This document shows, piece by piece, positions 36,899 through 46,844 of a DNA stretch of 64,000 nucleotides; the stretch's first letter is position 1, and each line of letters begins with the position of its first letter. This DNA is from Dehalococcoidia bacterium (GTDB lineage Bacteria > Chloroflexota > Dehalococcoidia > Lucifugimonadales > UBA2985): positions 1,351,812 to 1,415,811 of the forward strand of contig OZ244716.1 of NCBI GenBank assembly GCA_965219025.1, written 5' to 3'. Both the position numbers and the translations under genes were made by a program. Below the pieces are notes generated by a model. The model searched no databases. It was not told the DNA's origin and worked only from the letters and a program-made list of their open reading frames with translations.

Positions 36899-38293
36899 CT
36901 AGAACCCCAGCTCCAGGCGAGGCTTCATAAGGCGCTCCGGCACTGCGGTCTCCTGCATGAACTTGACCAGGTACTGGTGCAGGTCTCCCGCTATGTCCTT
37001 GTGGCCCCCTATGACGTTCTCCTGCTGGCCGGGGTCCGAGCTGAGATTATACAGCTCCGACCAGCCCTTCCGGGGGCTGTAGAGCAGGCTCCAGTCCTGG
37101 ACGGTAATGGTCGTGACGGGAGAGTCGACCAGCGGGCGCAGCAGGTTGTCGACGGAGTGCACTGGGTCGCCGGGGTTTGCGAAGGGTATGCTGCTGACCA
37201 CGTACTCCCTCCCGGGCACGGAACCGTCCCTCATTCCGGGAGCGAGAGACCTTCCCTGGACAGAATTGGGGACCTCCATCTCAAGCAGGTCAAGGACGGT
37301 GGGCATGACGTCCACGGCCGAGCTCAGGCCGCTGTACGCTCCCGGTGGAACGCCGGGTGCGTGAATGAGAAGCGGGATGTGTACGAGCTCCTCGAACAGT
37401 GGAGAGTGGGCCCACATTGACCCCGGGTCTCCATAGGGCCGCAGGGTGCCGTCCGGGTACTTGTCGCCATTCATCTTGCCAAAGAGGCCGCCATGCTCTC
37501 CAAAGTAGAAGCCGTGGTCCGTGGTGAAGATGACCGCCGTCTTGTCCGTCAGGCCCATGTTCTCAACGGACCTGAGCAGGTGGCCCAGCCACGTATCGAC
37601 CATGGTGATCTCGCCGCAGTAGGTGGCGTGCCCCTTGTGCATGGTCTCCTCGCTGTAGCCGCGCACGTCGTGCCAGTTGCCGTAGAGGGGCAGCACCATC
37701 TCGCCGTCGTATCCGGGCCAGTAGAGTTCCGTGTAGTAGGGAGGCGCATCCCAGGGCTCGTGGGGGTCCCAAGTGTCGACGAGGAGGAAGAAGTCGTCCT
37801 TGTAGTGCTGCTCCAGCCACCGGATGGCCGTCGTGAAGGTGCGCGGGGCATTGCGGTCCGACTCGTGTCTCCACGCCGCCCGTACGTCCAGGGCCTCGTT
37901 GTGGTAACCGGGCTGCGGGAGTAGTGACCACAAGGTGTCCTGCCCACGGTTCATGAAGAACGACTGAAAGCCCCGGTCGTAGTTCATCCCGTCTCGCAGG
38001 TAGTACGGGGTGTCAACCGACGCGGCAGTGTGAAATCCACGCTCGACCAGCATCTCTGCCAGGGTGGTCACGCCCTCCGGGAGGGGCTGCCAGCCCATGA
38101 AGGACATGGTCCAGCGGCCCGTCTGGTGGTCGGCCCTTGTGGGCATGGTAGGAAAACCGGCGGAGTAGTGCCTGTCGAATCGGACGGATCTGCCTGCAAG
38201 CGCGTCGAGGGACGGCGTCCGAATCGTGGGGTTCCCGTAGGCGCCGATGTGGTCTCTGCGGAATGTATCGGATACCACCCAGATTACGTTCAA
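36899..38293 (-). CDS. sulfatase-fold (alkaline phosphatase superfamily) hydrolase with Thr at the FGly position
   Basis: VSDTFRRDH, PTMPTRADHQTG, DPHEPWD, FTTDHG, HIPLLI. Confidence 0.85.
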   Translation of the reverse strand: MNVIWVVSDTFRRDHIGAYGNPTIRTPSLDALAGRSVRFDRHYSAGFPTMPTRADHQTGRWTMSFMGWQPLPEGVTTLAEMLVERGFHTAASVDTPYYLRDGMNYDRGFQSFFMNRGQDTLWSLLPQPGYHNEALDVRAAWRHESDRNAPRTFTTAIRWLEQHYKDDFFLLVDTWDPHEPWDAPPYYTELYWPGYDGEMVLPLYGNWHDVRGYSEETMHKGHATYCGEITMVDTWLGHLLRSVENMGLTDKTAVIFTTDHGFYFGEHGGLFGKMNGDKYPDGTLRPYGDPGSMWAHSPLFEELVHIPLLIHAPGVPPGAYSGLSSAVDVMPTVLDLLEMEVPNSVQGRSLAPGMRDGSVPGREYVVSSIPFANPGDPVHSVDNLLRPLVDSPVTTITVQDWSLLYSPRKGWSELYNLSSDPGQQENVIGGHKDIAGDLHQYLVKFMQETAVPERLMKPRLELGF

Positions 38294-38465
38294 GGTACGG
38301 CCTCCTAACTGGGATAAGAGGTAAATCTATCACAAAAGCCGGGGACTCCGAAAGTGCAGGCGTGGTTTTCCCCCATTCTTTTGATTCGCAGTGTACGTTG
38401 TGTGCGGACGCGCATACGAATACAATCGATCTGCATCACCCGTTATTGGCACACGGGAGGCCCTG

Positions 38466-38963
38466 ATGACTGCTACGGATGATGTCCTCAAGAATAACGC
38501 CCAATACGCCGAGAGCTTTGACCAGGCGGACTTGCCACTGCCGCCGGCGCTCAACATGGCGGTTGTGGCGTGCATGGACGCGCGCCTGGACACCCACAAG
38601 CTGCTGGGGATCCAGGAAGATGACGCGCACGTCATTCGCAATGCCGGCGGTGTGGTCACCGACGACGTGATCCGCTCCCTGGTGATCTCTCAGCGCCTGC
38701 TGGGCACAAGGGAGGTGGTGCTGATACACCACACCGATTGCGGGATGCTGACCTTTCGAGACGACGAAGTGAAGGACGCAATCCAGGCCGACACCGGCCT
38801 CCGGCCATCCTTTGCAATGGAGGCATTCGGTAGTCTGGAGGGGGACGTGCGGCAGTCCATCGGACGAATCAAAGCCAGCCCGTTTGTCCCGGCCAAGGAC
38901 CAGATTCGCGGCTTCGTGTACGATTGCGCCACCGGGCGTCTCAATGAGGTCTCGCCAGCCTGA
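38466..38963 (+). CDS. beta-class carbonic anhydrase
   Basis: VACMDARLD, IRNAGG, HHTDCGM; start ATG 38466 after GGAGG. Confidence 0.92.
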   Translation: MTATDDVLKNNAQYAESFDQADLPLPPALNMAVVACMDARLDTHKLLGIQEDDAHVIRNAGGVVTDDVIRSLVISQRLLGTREVVLIHHTDCGMLTFRDDEVKDAIQADTGLRPSFAMEAFGSLEGDVRQSIGRIKASPFVPAKDQIRGFVYDCATGRLNEVSPA

Positions 38964-39185
38964 CGGTACACGCGCCTTAGTTGGTTACACGTTGGGCCGG
39001 TTCCGAAAGACGATCCTGCTTGCCGGCAGTCGAGTCCTTCAGCGGTAGCCACCCCCGCCGTCGGAATCCACCTCTGCAAGTCGTCGGCGTAAGGCCTCCT
39101 CCAGCGCGGCAATTCTATGCCCGGCCTGATGTGTAGCGTTGTTCCCGAAGTCGCAATGCCGGCAGGGCGGACGGCAGGAAGTCTC

Positions 39186-39249
39186 GGGCGGTTAGAGCGC
39201 TTGCTTCACACGCAAGAGGTCAGTGGTCCAGGGCCACTACCGCCCACCA
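39186..39249 (+). pseudogene. defective copy of tRNA-Val(CAC)
   Basis: Identical to 32889-32965 except for a 13-nt D-arm deletion (CTCAGCTGGTTAG) and 3 changes in the T-loop (TTCAAGT to TCCAGGG). Confidence 0.9.
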
Positions 39250-39447
39250 TGACGGGCCAAAACCTGTGAGGACTCGAACTCTTCCGCTGGGGCGTACAAT
39301 TGAGCTCCAGCTAGGGGAGCGTACCGTGGCCGGCTTGTATTCGACGTAGCGCGAGATTTTGCAGTAATGCTCTTCTTCTACGGTGATCGGGTGACTCCTT
39401 TGCCCACGCCGTCCGTCTCCACCTCCGCAAGCCGCCGGCGCAGCCAC

Positions 39448-41157
39448 CTAAAACAACCCTTCGAGGTTTTCCCGGAGGTTCTGCCACCATCCCCGATCCG
39501 ATCCATAGTCCGGTACGAGGTGTACTGCGTATGTCTTGTCCTCTTCCACTTTGAGCCGACCGGCCAGGGTGACCACGCGGCCCAAGGGGATTGCTCCGAG
39601 AACCTCCGATGGGCCGAGCACGTTCACGCTCTGCACGAACTCGCCCCGATTCATCTCCGCCACCAGCACGCCGGCGTGCTGGAATACGACCTCGCCCCTG
39701 ACCCACACACACTCATCGCGGAACAGGTCGCTGGCCACCGCAATCTGTGCGGGTGTCGGGATCACGGGAGAGTCCAAGGGACACGGTTTCTCGCGAGGCG
39801 AGACCACGTCTAGGCTGAACAGGACGACCAGAACCAGCGCCCCTATGCCCACCAGGCCTACCACCCCTGTGAAGCACCCGCGGAGGCACCCTCCGCCCTT
39901 CTTCTCCTCAACCGCCCCCTCCCACCTCTGCGGCTGATACTCCGTTGACGACGCTCTCGCTGTGGCTGTCGGAGGACTGCCCTGCGCCTCCAGCTCACTA
40001 TCAATCTCTTCGACTGCGTCGGCGTTCCCGCGGTGGGCAGTCTTCCCGGTATCCGATGACTCCGGGTCTAGCACCTCGAGCTCCAGCTCATAGCCGTACT
40101 GCGCAGCCGCTTTCGCCGCATCGTCCGACCTTCCGTCCAGGTACCACTCCGGTGCGTGCATGAAGGCGCGATAGGCCGCGTCCAGGTCGGCGCCCCGCAG
40201 GGAGGATTCCCCTCCGGACCCGAACCACGGCGGAGCCGCGGCCTCAACGTCGAGCCACGGCTGGGATGCATTGAACGCGACGGCGTAGGCCAGCACGGGA
40301 TCTGACTGGTTCCGAGCACCGGGCGGGGCAGATCCGGCCATGAACTCTTTCCAGCCAAGCCACTGACTTATCTCAAGCGCCCCCGCCTGCGTCGGTTTCA
40401 GCATGCCTGTCCTTATCCTCGTCGGCACTGTAACAAACGAGTACACGAGACCCGCGAACAAGCCGATCAGGGCGTTCGCCCACCACTGGTCCAGCCATAG
40501 AGCCGCCCAGAGCCCGCTGCCAACAGCCGTCAAGATGCAAGCGAGCATCCACCATAGACCTCCGTCGTCAGAGTTTTCCCTCCTCACGCGCACCGGGTTG
40601 TCATGGAATAGGCCTCGATGCTGGAGGTAGTCCCCAATCTGGTCGCCGATGGCATCTTCGTGCTTGTCTATCGCTTCATCCAGAGCGTCAACCGTTGTTG
40701 GGCGCGACGGCAGGCTGTCGCATATCGTTCGCTCCCAGCCATACTGCGCCGGGCCCTGCCGGGACAGGCGATACAGAAAACCGACCCTTGTTCCGACGGC
40801 CTCGATTCGCAGTGTGCCGCGTTGACACATCTCGATGATGGAGGCCAGCATCGTTCGGCTCAAAACCATGTGGCCTTCGAGCGCAGATACGGCCGCCGCG
40901 GGCATTGAACCGGGCAGCGGGGTCCCCGAGTACCACGGGCTCGCCTGCGGGGGCCGGTACTTGGGCCACAGGTTCAGCACTATTATGAGCAGCTGCGCCA
41001 GGACTACGCCTATCGTGCGGAAGCCCCAGACCGCCAGCTGCTTCCAGTCCATCTCCTGAAAGTCGGGAAAGCCGCCTTCTGCGATTGCCCCGCCTGGGTC
41101 CATCGCGAACAGCAAGCCGATGGCGGCAAGGGCCGCCACTGCAATCAGCAGACTCAC
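39448..41157 (-). CDS. membrane protein with a DUF2207-like central region
   Basis: Several TM segments; MPAAAVSAL...LASIIEMCQRG and LAYAVAF motifs; acidic linker then TM and C-terminal domain. Confidence 0.6.
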   Translation of the reverse strand: MSLLIAVAALAAIGLLFAMDPGGAIAEGGFPDFQEMDWKQLAVWGFRTIGVVLAQLLIIVLNLWPKYRPPQASPWYSGTPLPGSMPAAAVSALEGHMVLSRTMLASIIEMCQRGTLRIEAVGTRVGFLYRLSRQGPAQYGWERTICDSLPSRPTTVDALDEAIDKHEDAIGDQIGDYLQHRGLFHDNPVRVRRENSDDGGLWWMLACILTAVGSGLWAALWLDQWWANALIGLFAGLVYSFVTVPTRIRTGMLKPTQAGALEISQWLGWKEFMAGSAPPGARNQSDPVLAYAVAFNASQPWLDVEAAAPPWFGSGGESSLRGADLDAAYRAFMHAPEWYLDGRSDDAAKAAAQYGYELELEVLDPESSDTGKTAHRGNADAVEEIDSELEAQGSPPTATARASSTEYQPQRWEGAVEEKKGGGCLRGCFTGVVGLVGIGALVLVVLFSLDVVSPREKPCPLDSPVIPTPAQIAVASDLFRDECVWVRGEVVFQHAGVLVAEMNRGEFVQSVNVLGPSEVLGAIPLGRVVTLAGRLKVEEDKTYAVHLVPDYGSDRGWWQNLRENLEGLF

Positions 41158-41343
41158 AATGGATTGCCCTCCTTCTCGGCTGGTACTGCCTCAGTAGACT
41201 CCGCTGGACAACCGTCCCTCACACTACTAGCGGAGAGCAGTTGACGCCAGGCGATACCCGCGCCCAGCCGTATCGGCGGCGATCCTCTGGAGGCGTAGGA
41301 CGGGCGGCGCTTCCGTCCAACACGGCGGCTGCGACCATCTTGG

Positions 41344-42144
41344 TCAGCTAACCCTTCCAGAGGACGGACCGGGCATCGCGGCGCAGCCAAGGCTGCCCAG
41401 AATGATCCTTCTCCCATAGTAGCACCTCCCACCGAAAAGTGCGCAGCACAGTCCCCTCCAGGGCGCCAACCAATCCCAATATCCCGCGCTGTCCGTGACT
41501 TGGACTGTGACGATGTCCACGCCGTGGAACTTCTGGTGGCGCACGGCAGCGGAATGGTGTCTCAGCAGACGGAGCGAGAGGTCATCGAAAGTCTGTACGG
41601 AGGCCTCGTCGCTCAGGTAGGCCAGCTGGTCATCCACGTTCTCCTGTCGCGTTGTGGCCACGAACTCAAGCTCCACTATCGTCCCCTGAGGCCGAGCGTT
41701 GATGATCAGGCGTGGGTGCTCCGAGCCCTCGTCATCGTCCACCTGCATCTGCAGGCTTGCGAGCGTTTCCTCGCCGGCGGCGCGCAACCGTAGCGTGGAG
41801 GTCTCGTTCCATCCGAGCCTGGCTGCCAGTCCGGTCAGAAACTCGTCGATTGCGGGGAGCGAGTCCATGTCCATCGTGGTCTCGAGGCGCGAGCGGCGCG
41901 TGCCGGTGGCCTCCAGCACAAGCGTCATCCCGATTGCAACCACGGCGCCGATCGTGACCCCATTGCCGAGCAATCCGCCCACGTCGTCGCCGAAGAGGTC
42001 CCTCATGATGTCGTGATTGTGGAGTCCTAGTCCCGGCGCGCTTGCGAGCGCGACCACCAGCACACGCCTGGAGTCGAGGCCGTCGCGCAGGATCGTCTGC
42101 CAGTCACGAGCAAAGAACGGTAGATGTATAATGAGGTTGTGCAT
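41344..42144 (-). pseudogene. 3' fragment of a putative NCS2 (xanthine/uracil) permease fused to a HATPase/anti-sigma-like domain
   Basis: Begins mid-TM (RRVLVVALA...GLLGNGVTIGAVVAIGMTLVL), then LRLRAAGEETLASL...LSLRLLRHH...HQKFHGVDIVTVQV; N-terminal transporter part absent. Confidence 0.5.
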
Positions 42145-42173
42145 CTACGACGAGAACACGAAAGAGGGTTGTC

Positions 42174-42578
42174 TTGGCCATGGTCTCGCGGATAACCGGC
42201 GCACTGATGCTGGCGTACTCGGCGGTGTACACCGCCCATTTCATCTTCGATACCCTCTACAACGCCCAGCCCATCTGGACCGTCTTCAACATCATCTCCG
42301 CTGTAGGCATACTCATCGCGCTGGCGGTCAATCTCGCCCACATGCGAGCACAGGCAGGCCATGAGCCGGTCGCCGTCCCGCGGGTCGGTCCATAGGTCCT
42401 ATTCTATGCCAACGCCGCCTTGGCCATCTGGTTCTTTCGCAACTGGGTCCACCTGCTTACGCTGGAGGAGGGCGAATCCGTCAGCGTCCACTCAGACGTC
42501 ATCTGGCTCGTCATCGCCGTTCTAATTCCTCTCGTCCTAGCCACCACGGGATGGCGGCTCTGGCACGAGTCAGACTGA
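42174..42578 (+). pseudogene. four-TM membrane protein interrupted by an in-frame TAG
   Basis: TAG at 42393-42395; the frame continues VLFYANAALAIWFFRNW...LATTGWRLWHESD to TGA 42578. Confidence 0.7.
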
Positions 42579-42727
42579 ACAGGGCCTCCGGGGAAGAGTG
42601 AGATGGTAGCGCGGCGGCGGCTATTCACACCAAATGAGGGAACCTTTTCCAGCGACTATATGTATTTCTGAGTATAGGCCCCCGGAATTGAGAACCGATT
42701 GAAGCGGGCACCCGATGGAGGTGACAG

Positions 42728-44077
42728 ATGGATGAGAGTATTACCGGCCTGAGTAGGCCGAGGCGGTCGGCACGGTTGACCTCAATCGTTATAATCCTAT
42801 GCTTGACGGCAGCCGCCTTGGTGTCGGCGTGCGGTGAGGCGCAAGAGCCTGTTGCCATGTCTGGCGGCGAGATTCGCTCGGCCAAGGAGCGAGCCGAGCC
42901 ATCAGCCGCCAGTGCGGACCTGGCTGCCCTCGGCAATGGCAACAGAGCTTTCGCCTTCGACCTGTACCGGACTCTGAGGTCCCAGGATGGGAACCTGTTC
43001 TACTCGCCCCACAGCATCTCTCAAGCCCTCGCCATGACCTACGCAGGGGCCAGGGGTCAGACGGCAAGCCAGATGGCGGACACGCTCCGCTTCTCCCTAA
43101 CCCAAGACCGGCTTCACCCCGCGTTCAATGCCTTGGACCTGGATCTCGCCTCTCGGGGCAAGGACAGTCAAGGCAAGGACGGCGAAGGGTTCAGATTGAA
43201 CATCGTCAACGCGGTCTGGGGCCAGGAAGACTACGAGTTTCTGGAGCCGTTTCTCGACGTTCTGGCGGAGAGCTACGGGGCAGGCGTGAGGCCCGCCGAC
43301 TTCATTGACGCTCCCGAGGAGTCCAGGGTCGCAATCAACGACTGGGTCGCAGAGAGCACGGAGGACAGGATCAAGGACCTGATTCCGCCGGACGTCATCA
43401 ACTCGCTGACCAGGATGGTGCTGACCAACGCCATCTACTTCAACGCGGTCTGGAGCTATCCCTTCGATGAAGCGAACACCCGCGAGCGACCTTTCCACCC
43501 GCTGGACGGCGGCAGCGTGGACGTTCCGATGATGAGGACATCGGAGGGTTTTGGCTATGCGTCGGGAGACGGGTACCAGGCCGTGGACCTGCCCTACGAT
43601 GGACACGAGCTGTCCATGACCGTCCTGCTGCCGGACAGCGGGCGGTTCGGAGAGTTCGAGGACTCCCTGGACGCCGCCTTGGTAGACCGGGTTATCGCAG
43701 ACCTCGAGGGCGCCTACGTTACCCTTGAACTGCCGAAGTTCAAGTTCGAGTCCCAGTTCCGGCTGGCCGAAACCCTCAAGGCGATGGGGATGTCCAACGC
43801 ATTCGACAGATCTACCTCCGACTTCTCGGGCATGGACGGCAAGTCGTGCATCGCGGGAGACGCTGAGTGCCTGTACATCAGGGATGTTATCCACAAGGCC
43901 TTCGTGTCGGTGGACGAAAAGGGCACCGAGGCGGCCGCGGCCACCGCTGTAGTGATGCAGCTGGAATCTGCTCCCATGAATCCGGTCAGCGTTACGGTGG
44001 ACAGGCCTTTCATCTTTCTGATCCGGGACCTGGAGACGGGGGCCGTCCTGTTCGTGGGGCGCGTGACAGAGATATAG
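42728..44077 (+). CDS. serpin (serine protease inhibitor) lipoprotein
   Basis: NLFYSPHSISQALAM, LTNAIYFNAVW, DEKGTEAAAATAV hinge, DRPFIFLIRD; lipobox LVSAC. Confidence 0.93.
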   Translation: MDESITGLSRPRRSARLTSIVIILCLTAAALVSACGEAQEPVAMSGGEIRSAKERAEPSAASADLAALGNGNRAFAFDLYRTLRSQDGNLFYSPHSISQALAMTYAGARGQTASQMADTLRFSLTQDRLHPAFNALDLDLASRGKDSQGKDGEGFRLNIVNAVWGQEDYEFLEPFLDVLAESYGAGVRPADFIDAPEESRVAINDWVAESTEDRIKDLIPPDVINSLTRMVLTNAIYFNAVWSYPFDEANTRERPFHPLDGGSVDVPMMRTSEGFGYASGDGYQAVDLPYDGHELSMTVLLPDSGRFGEFEDSLDAALVDRVIADLEGAYVTLELPKFKFESQFRLAETLKAMGMSNAFDRSTSDFSGMDGKSCIAGDAECLYIRDVIHKAFVSVDEKGTEAAAATAVVMQLESAPMNPVSVTVDRPFIFLIRDLETGAVLFVGRVTEI

Positions 44078-44753
44078 GGTGGCTACCTGCTCCCCAAGCC
44101 TGCCCAGCGGAAAGCGGGGGACAATGCTTCTGGGCAGGGTTCGAACCTGCCTGGCGGCGGCATCGGCCTTGGCGCTTTTCTCTCTAGCGTCTGCGGGCTG
44201 CACCAACCCGCAGACGCCGACAACCAACGCAGTCGAAAGAGAACAGGCCTCCTCGGGTTCAAGTCGGATGGGCTGGTCCGCGCTCCTGGAAGTCAACGCT
44301 CGGCCGTACTCCCCGGCGCCTCCCTCGAATCGACACTTCTCGGGGATGCCTGCCTGTAGTCGCCCCAATGGGCAAGGCTTGCCCGAACCTTACCGATTCG
44401 GACTTGGTGCGTCAATAGGCCGAGTTGCCTCACAATAAACGTTACCGAAGGGGGTATCGTTGCTTCATAAATCATGTTACCGGGAGGGGACATGAGGAGA
44501 GGCAGAGTGAGCGTGACGTAGCGCATGGTGCGAATGCAAGAGCCTTACCGGACAGCGCGACGGCAGGACTCACGAGCTCCGAACAGGTAGCCCGTTCACG
44601 ACGTGCAGCTGGGACACGGCTGCGGGGAGCCTTAGACGTGCTCAGCTCCAGGTTGAGGCTCCGCGCTTACTTGCTCCTATTCCGCCGCCGCCGTGCGCCA
44701 AATTGAGCCGGGACTATACGCCGAACCGCTGTCGCACTAGACTACATTGCCAT

Positions 44754-46844
44754 ATGAGAATGCTCGGCTTTCTTCGACCCAGCCCAACCCTGACCCCTCG
44801 CGAGGTGCGTTTCAGCCTGCGCATGATGGTCTGGGAGGGCCTGACCAGCGAGGCACTGACAACCGTCCAGGTCATGGGGTACCTTGCCGCCTACGCCCTT
44901 GCTTTGGGGGCCAACAACCTACAGGTCGGCATAGTCTCGGCAGTCCCCCTGGCGTCTCTGGTGGTGCAGCTGCCGGCCATCCTGCTCATCGAACGGTTTC
45001 GCGTTAGGAAGGCCATTGGGCTTCCGGCGTGGCTGCTGGCACAGCTGCTGATGGTGCCCATTGGCGCGGTTCCATTCTTCATTGACGCACCGAGCCCGCT
45101 CGCGGTGCTGACCGTGATCTTTCTGCTGGCGTTCCGCGGCCTGTTTGCGCCGATGTGGATCACGGCGTGGATGAGCTGGATGCACGATCTGGTGCCGCGG
45201 AAGATTATGGGCGGCTATTACGGACGGCGGCTGGCTGCCAGCACCGCGGTGCTGGCCGTGCTGGGGCTTGGCGCGAGCTTCTTCATCAGCTGGTGGGAGG
45301 GGCAGGCGCCGGCTGGACAGGAGGCCTATGGCTATTCCTTCTTCTTCATCGTCGGAGCGCTTACGCTTGGTGTCATCGGTCCGTTGATGGTGGCCCGGGC
45401 CAGGGAGCCGCTGATGCCGGCAGCCCCGGAGGTGAAGCAGTCGCCCCTGGATATGCTGACAGAGCCTCTTCGGGACAGGAACTTCTCGCACCTCCTGCGG
45501 TTTCTATGGGTGTGGGGCGTGGCGTCCAACATAGCGATTCCGTTCTTCGTCGTGTACATGCTCACGGACCTGGAGCTGGAGCTTCCCGTGGTCATGTCGC
45601 TCGTGGTTCTGAGCAACATCACGCACGTCCTCTTCGTGCGCGTTTGGGGTGTGATGGCCGACAGGGTCGGGAGCAAGACGGTGATGTCGCTATCGGCGTC
45701 GCTATTCCTCCTCGTGTTCCTGGGTTGGGTCTTCGTGGCCCACACGGAAAAGCACGTGCTGACCATGCCCCTACTGATCGCTCTCAACGCATTCGTGGGG
45801 ATCGCGCGAGCAGGCGTGCTGCTCACCCTAAACACGCTTGCGCTCAAGATTGCGCCGGACAACAAGGCCACAGCCTTTCTGGGCGTGGCCGGGATTGCGG
45901 CGTACGTCAGCATGGGTATCGGACCGATAATTGGAGGCTTCCTGGCAGACTTCTTCGCCGCGAAGACGTTGCGGTTCGATCTCACCTGGATTTCGCAGAC
46001 GGGCGTGGTGGAGATACCCGCCCTGCAGCTGATCGGGTTTGACTTTGTCTTCCTCATCGCCTTTTTCTTCAGCCTGCTCTCCCTGAATCTGCTGGTGGCG
46101 CTGCGAGAGGAAGGCGAGATTCCGCGCGAGGTTGCTCTGGCGGAGCTGCTGGCGCACGCGACGCCGGCAAGGCGGGCACTCACCTCGGTGCCCGTCATCG
46201 GCCCGCTGACGTCCAGGTCCTACGGGTACCTCAAACGGCTGCCCGGCGCGGACGTGGCACTGGGCGTGACGGCATACCAGATTGCCGCGTCGACCCAGGC
46301 GGCGGTTACGTCGGTGGGCCGCGGCCGGATCCTGGTGCGAGAGGTCGCTCACGCGGTGGGCGAAGCGGTGGAGGAGGCTGTCGAGGATGTGGGTGACTTT
46401 GCCGAGCATGGCCTGGAGCTGGCTCGACACGCGACACGCGGCGCGGTCCACGTGGGCGATGATCTGGCTGACCAGATGGGCCGCGCAGTGCGGGGCGCTG
46501 TGCTGGGAACGCTGCGCACGCTGACAGAGCGGCAGGTGGACTTCCTCGACGCTCTGCACGGCGCGGGTTACGGAGTGGTGGAGGGTGCGGTGGAGGGCGG
46601 TCTCAGCGCCGGCGAGGCAACGACCGAGGCGCTGGAGGCGGCAAGGCAAGCCGCCAGGGAGCTGGGCGTCCCCGCCGAGGCTGCGGATACGGCGCTGGCC
46701 GCAGGCATGCTGGAGGCCGCGGAAGCAGCCGGAGAGGAAGCGCTGCTGGAAGTGCGCGAGGCGCTGCCCTCGGAGCTGGCAGAGATCGTGAACGAGCCTG
46801 CGGCAGAAGCCGGGGAAGGGGAGCCCGCGAGCGGCAGGGATTGA
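44754..46844 (+). CDS. MFS transporter with Ala/Glu-rich C-terminal extension
   Basis: About 12 TM; WMSWMHDLVP..GGYYGRR and GVMADRVGSK loops; about 200 aa soluble tail. Confidence 0.82.
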   Translation: MRMLGFLRPSPTLTPREVRFSLRMMVWEGLTSEALTTVQVMGYLAAYALALGANNLQVGIVSAVPLASLVVQLPAILLIERFRVRKAIGLPAWLLAQLLMVPIGAVPFFIDAPSPLAVLTVIFLLAFRGLFAPMWITAWMSWMHDLVPRKIMGGYYGRRLAASTAVLAVLGLGASFFISWWEGQAPAGQEAYGYSFFFIVGALTLGVIGPLMVARAREPLMPAAPEVKQSPLDMLTEPLRDRNFSHLLRFLWVWGVASNIAIPFFVVYMLTDLELELPVVMSLVVLSNITHVLFVRVWGVMADRVGSKTVMSLSASLFLLVFLGWVFVAHTEKHVLTMPLLIALNAFVGIARAGVLLTLNTLALKIAPDNKATAFLGVAGIAAYVSMGIGPIIGGFLADFFAAKTLRFDLTWISQTGVVEIPALQLIGFDFVFLIAFFFSLLSLNLLVALREEGEIPREVALAELLAHATPARRALTSVPVIGPLTSRSYGYLKRLPGADVALGVTAYQIAASTQAAVTSVGRGRILVREVAHAVGEAVEEAVEDVGDFAEHGLELARHATRGAVHVGDDLADQMGRAVRGAVLGTLRTLTERQVDFLDALHGAGYGVVEGAVEGGLSAGEATTEALEAARQAARELGVPAEAADTALAAGMLEAAEAAGEEALLEVREALPSELAEIVNEPAAEAGEGEPASGRD

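Larger units (their letters stand above)
32966..39185. mobile_element. putative degenerate genomic islet between tRNA-Val and its defective copy
   Basis: Flanked by a direct repeat of the tRNA sequence; heterogeneous cargo including an attC cassette; no integrase present. Confidence 0.4.

Noticed and set aside
39040-39185. Minus-strand fragment ...CRPPCRHCDFGNN...RIAALEEALRRRL...GYR* abutting the tRNA copy
   Set aside because: Possibly a gene end truncated at the islet border, but too short to assign
44079-44706. Lipobox-like ORF (LASAGC) and following short ORFs after the serpin
   Set aside because: Sequence loses coding character after about 40 codons; at most a remnant
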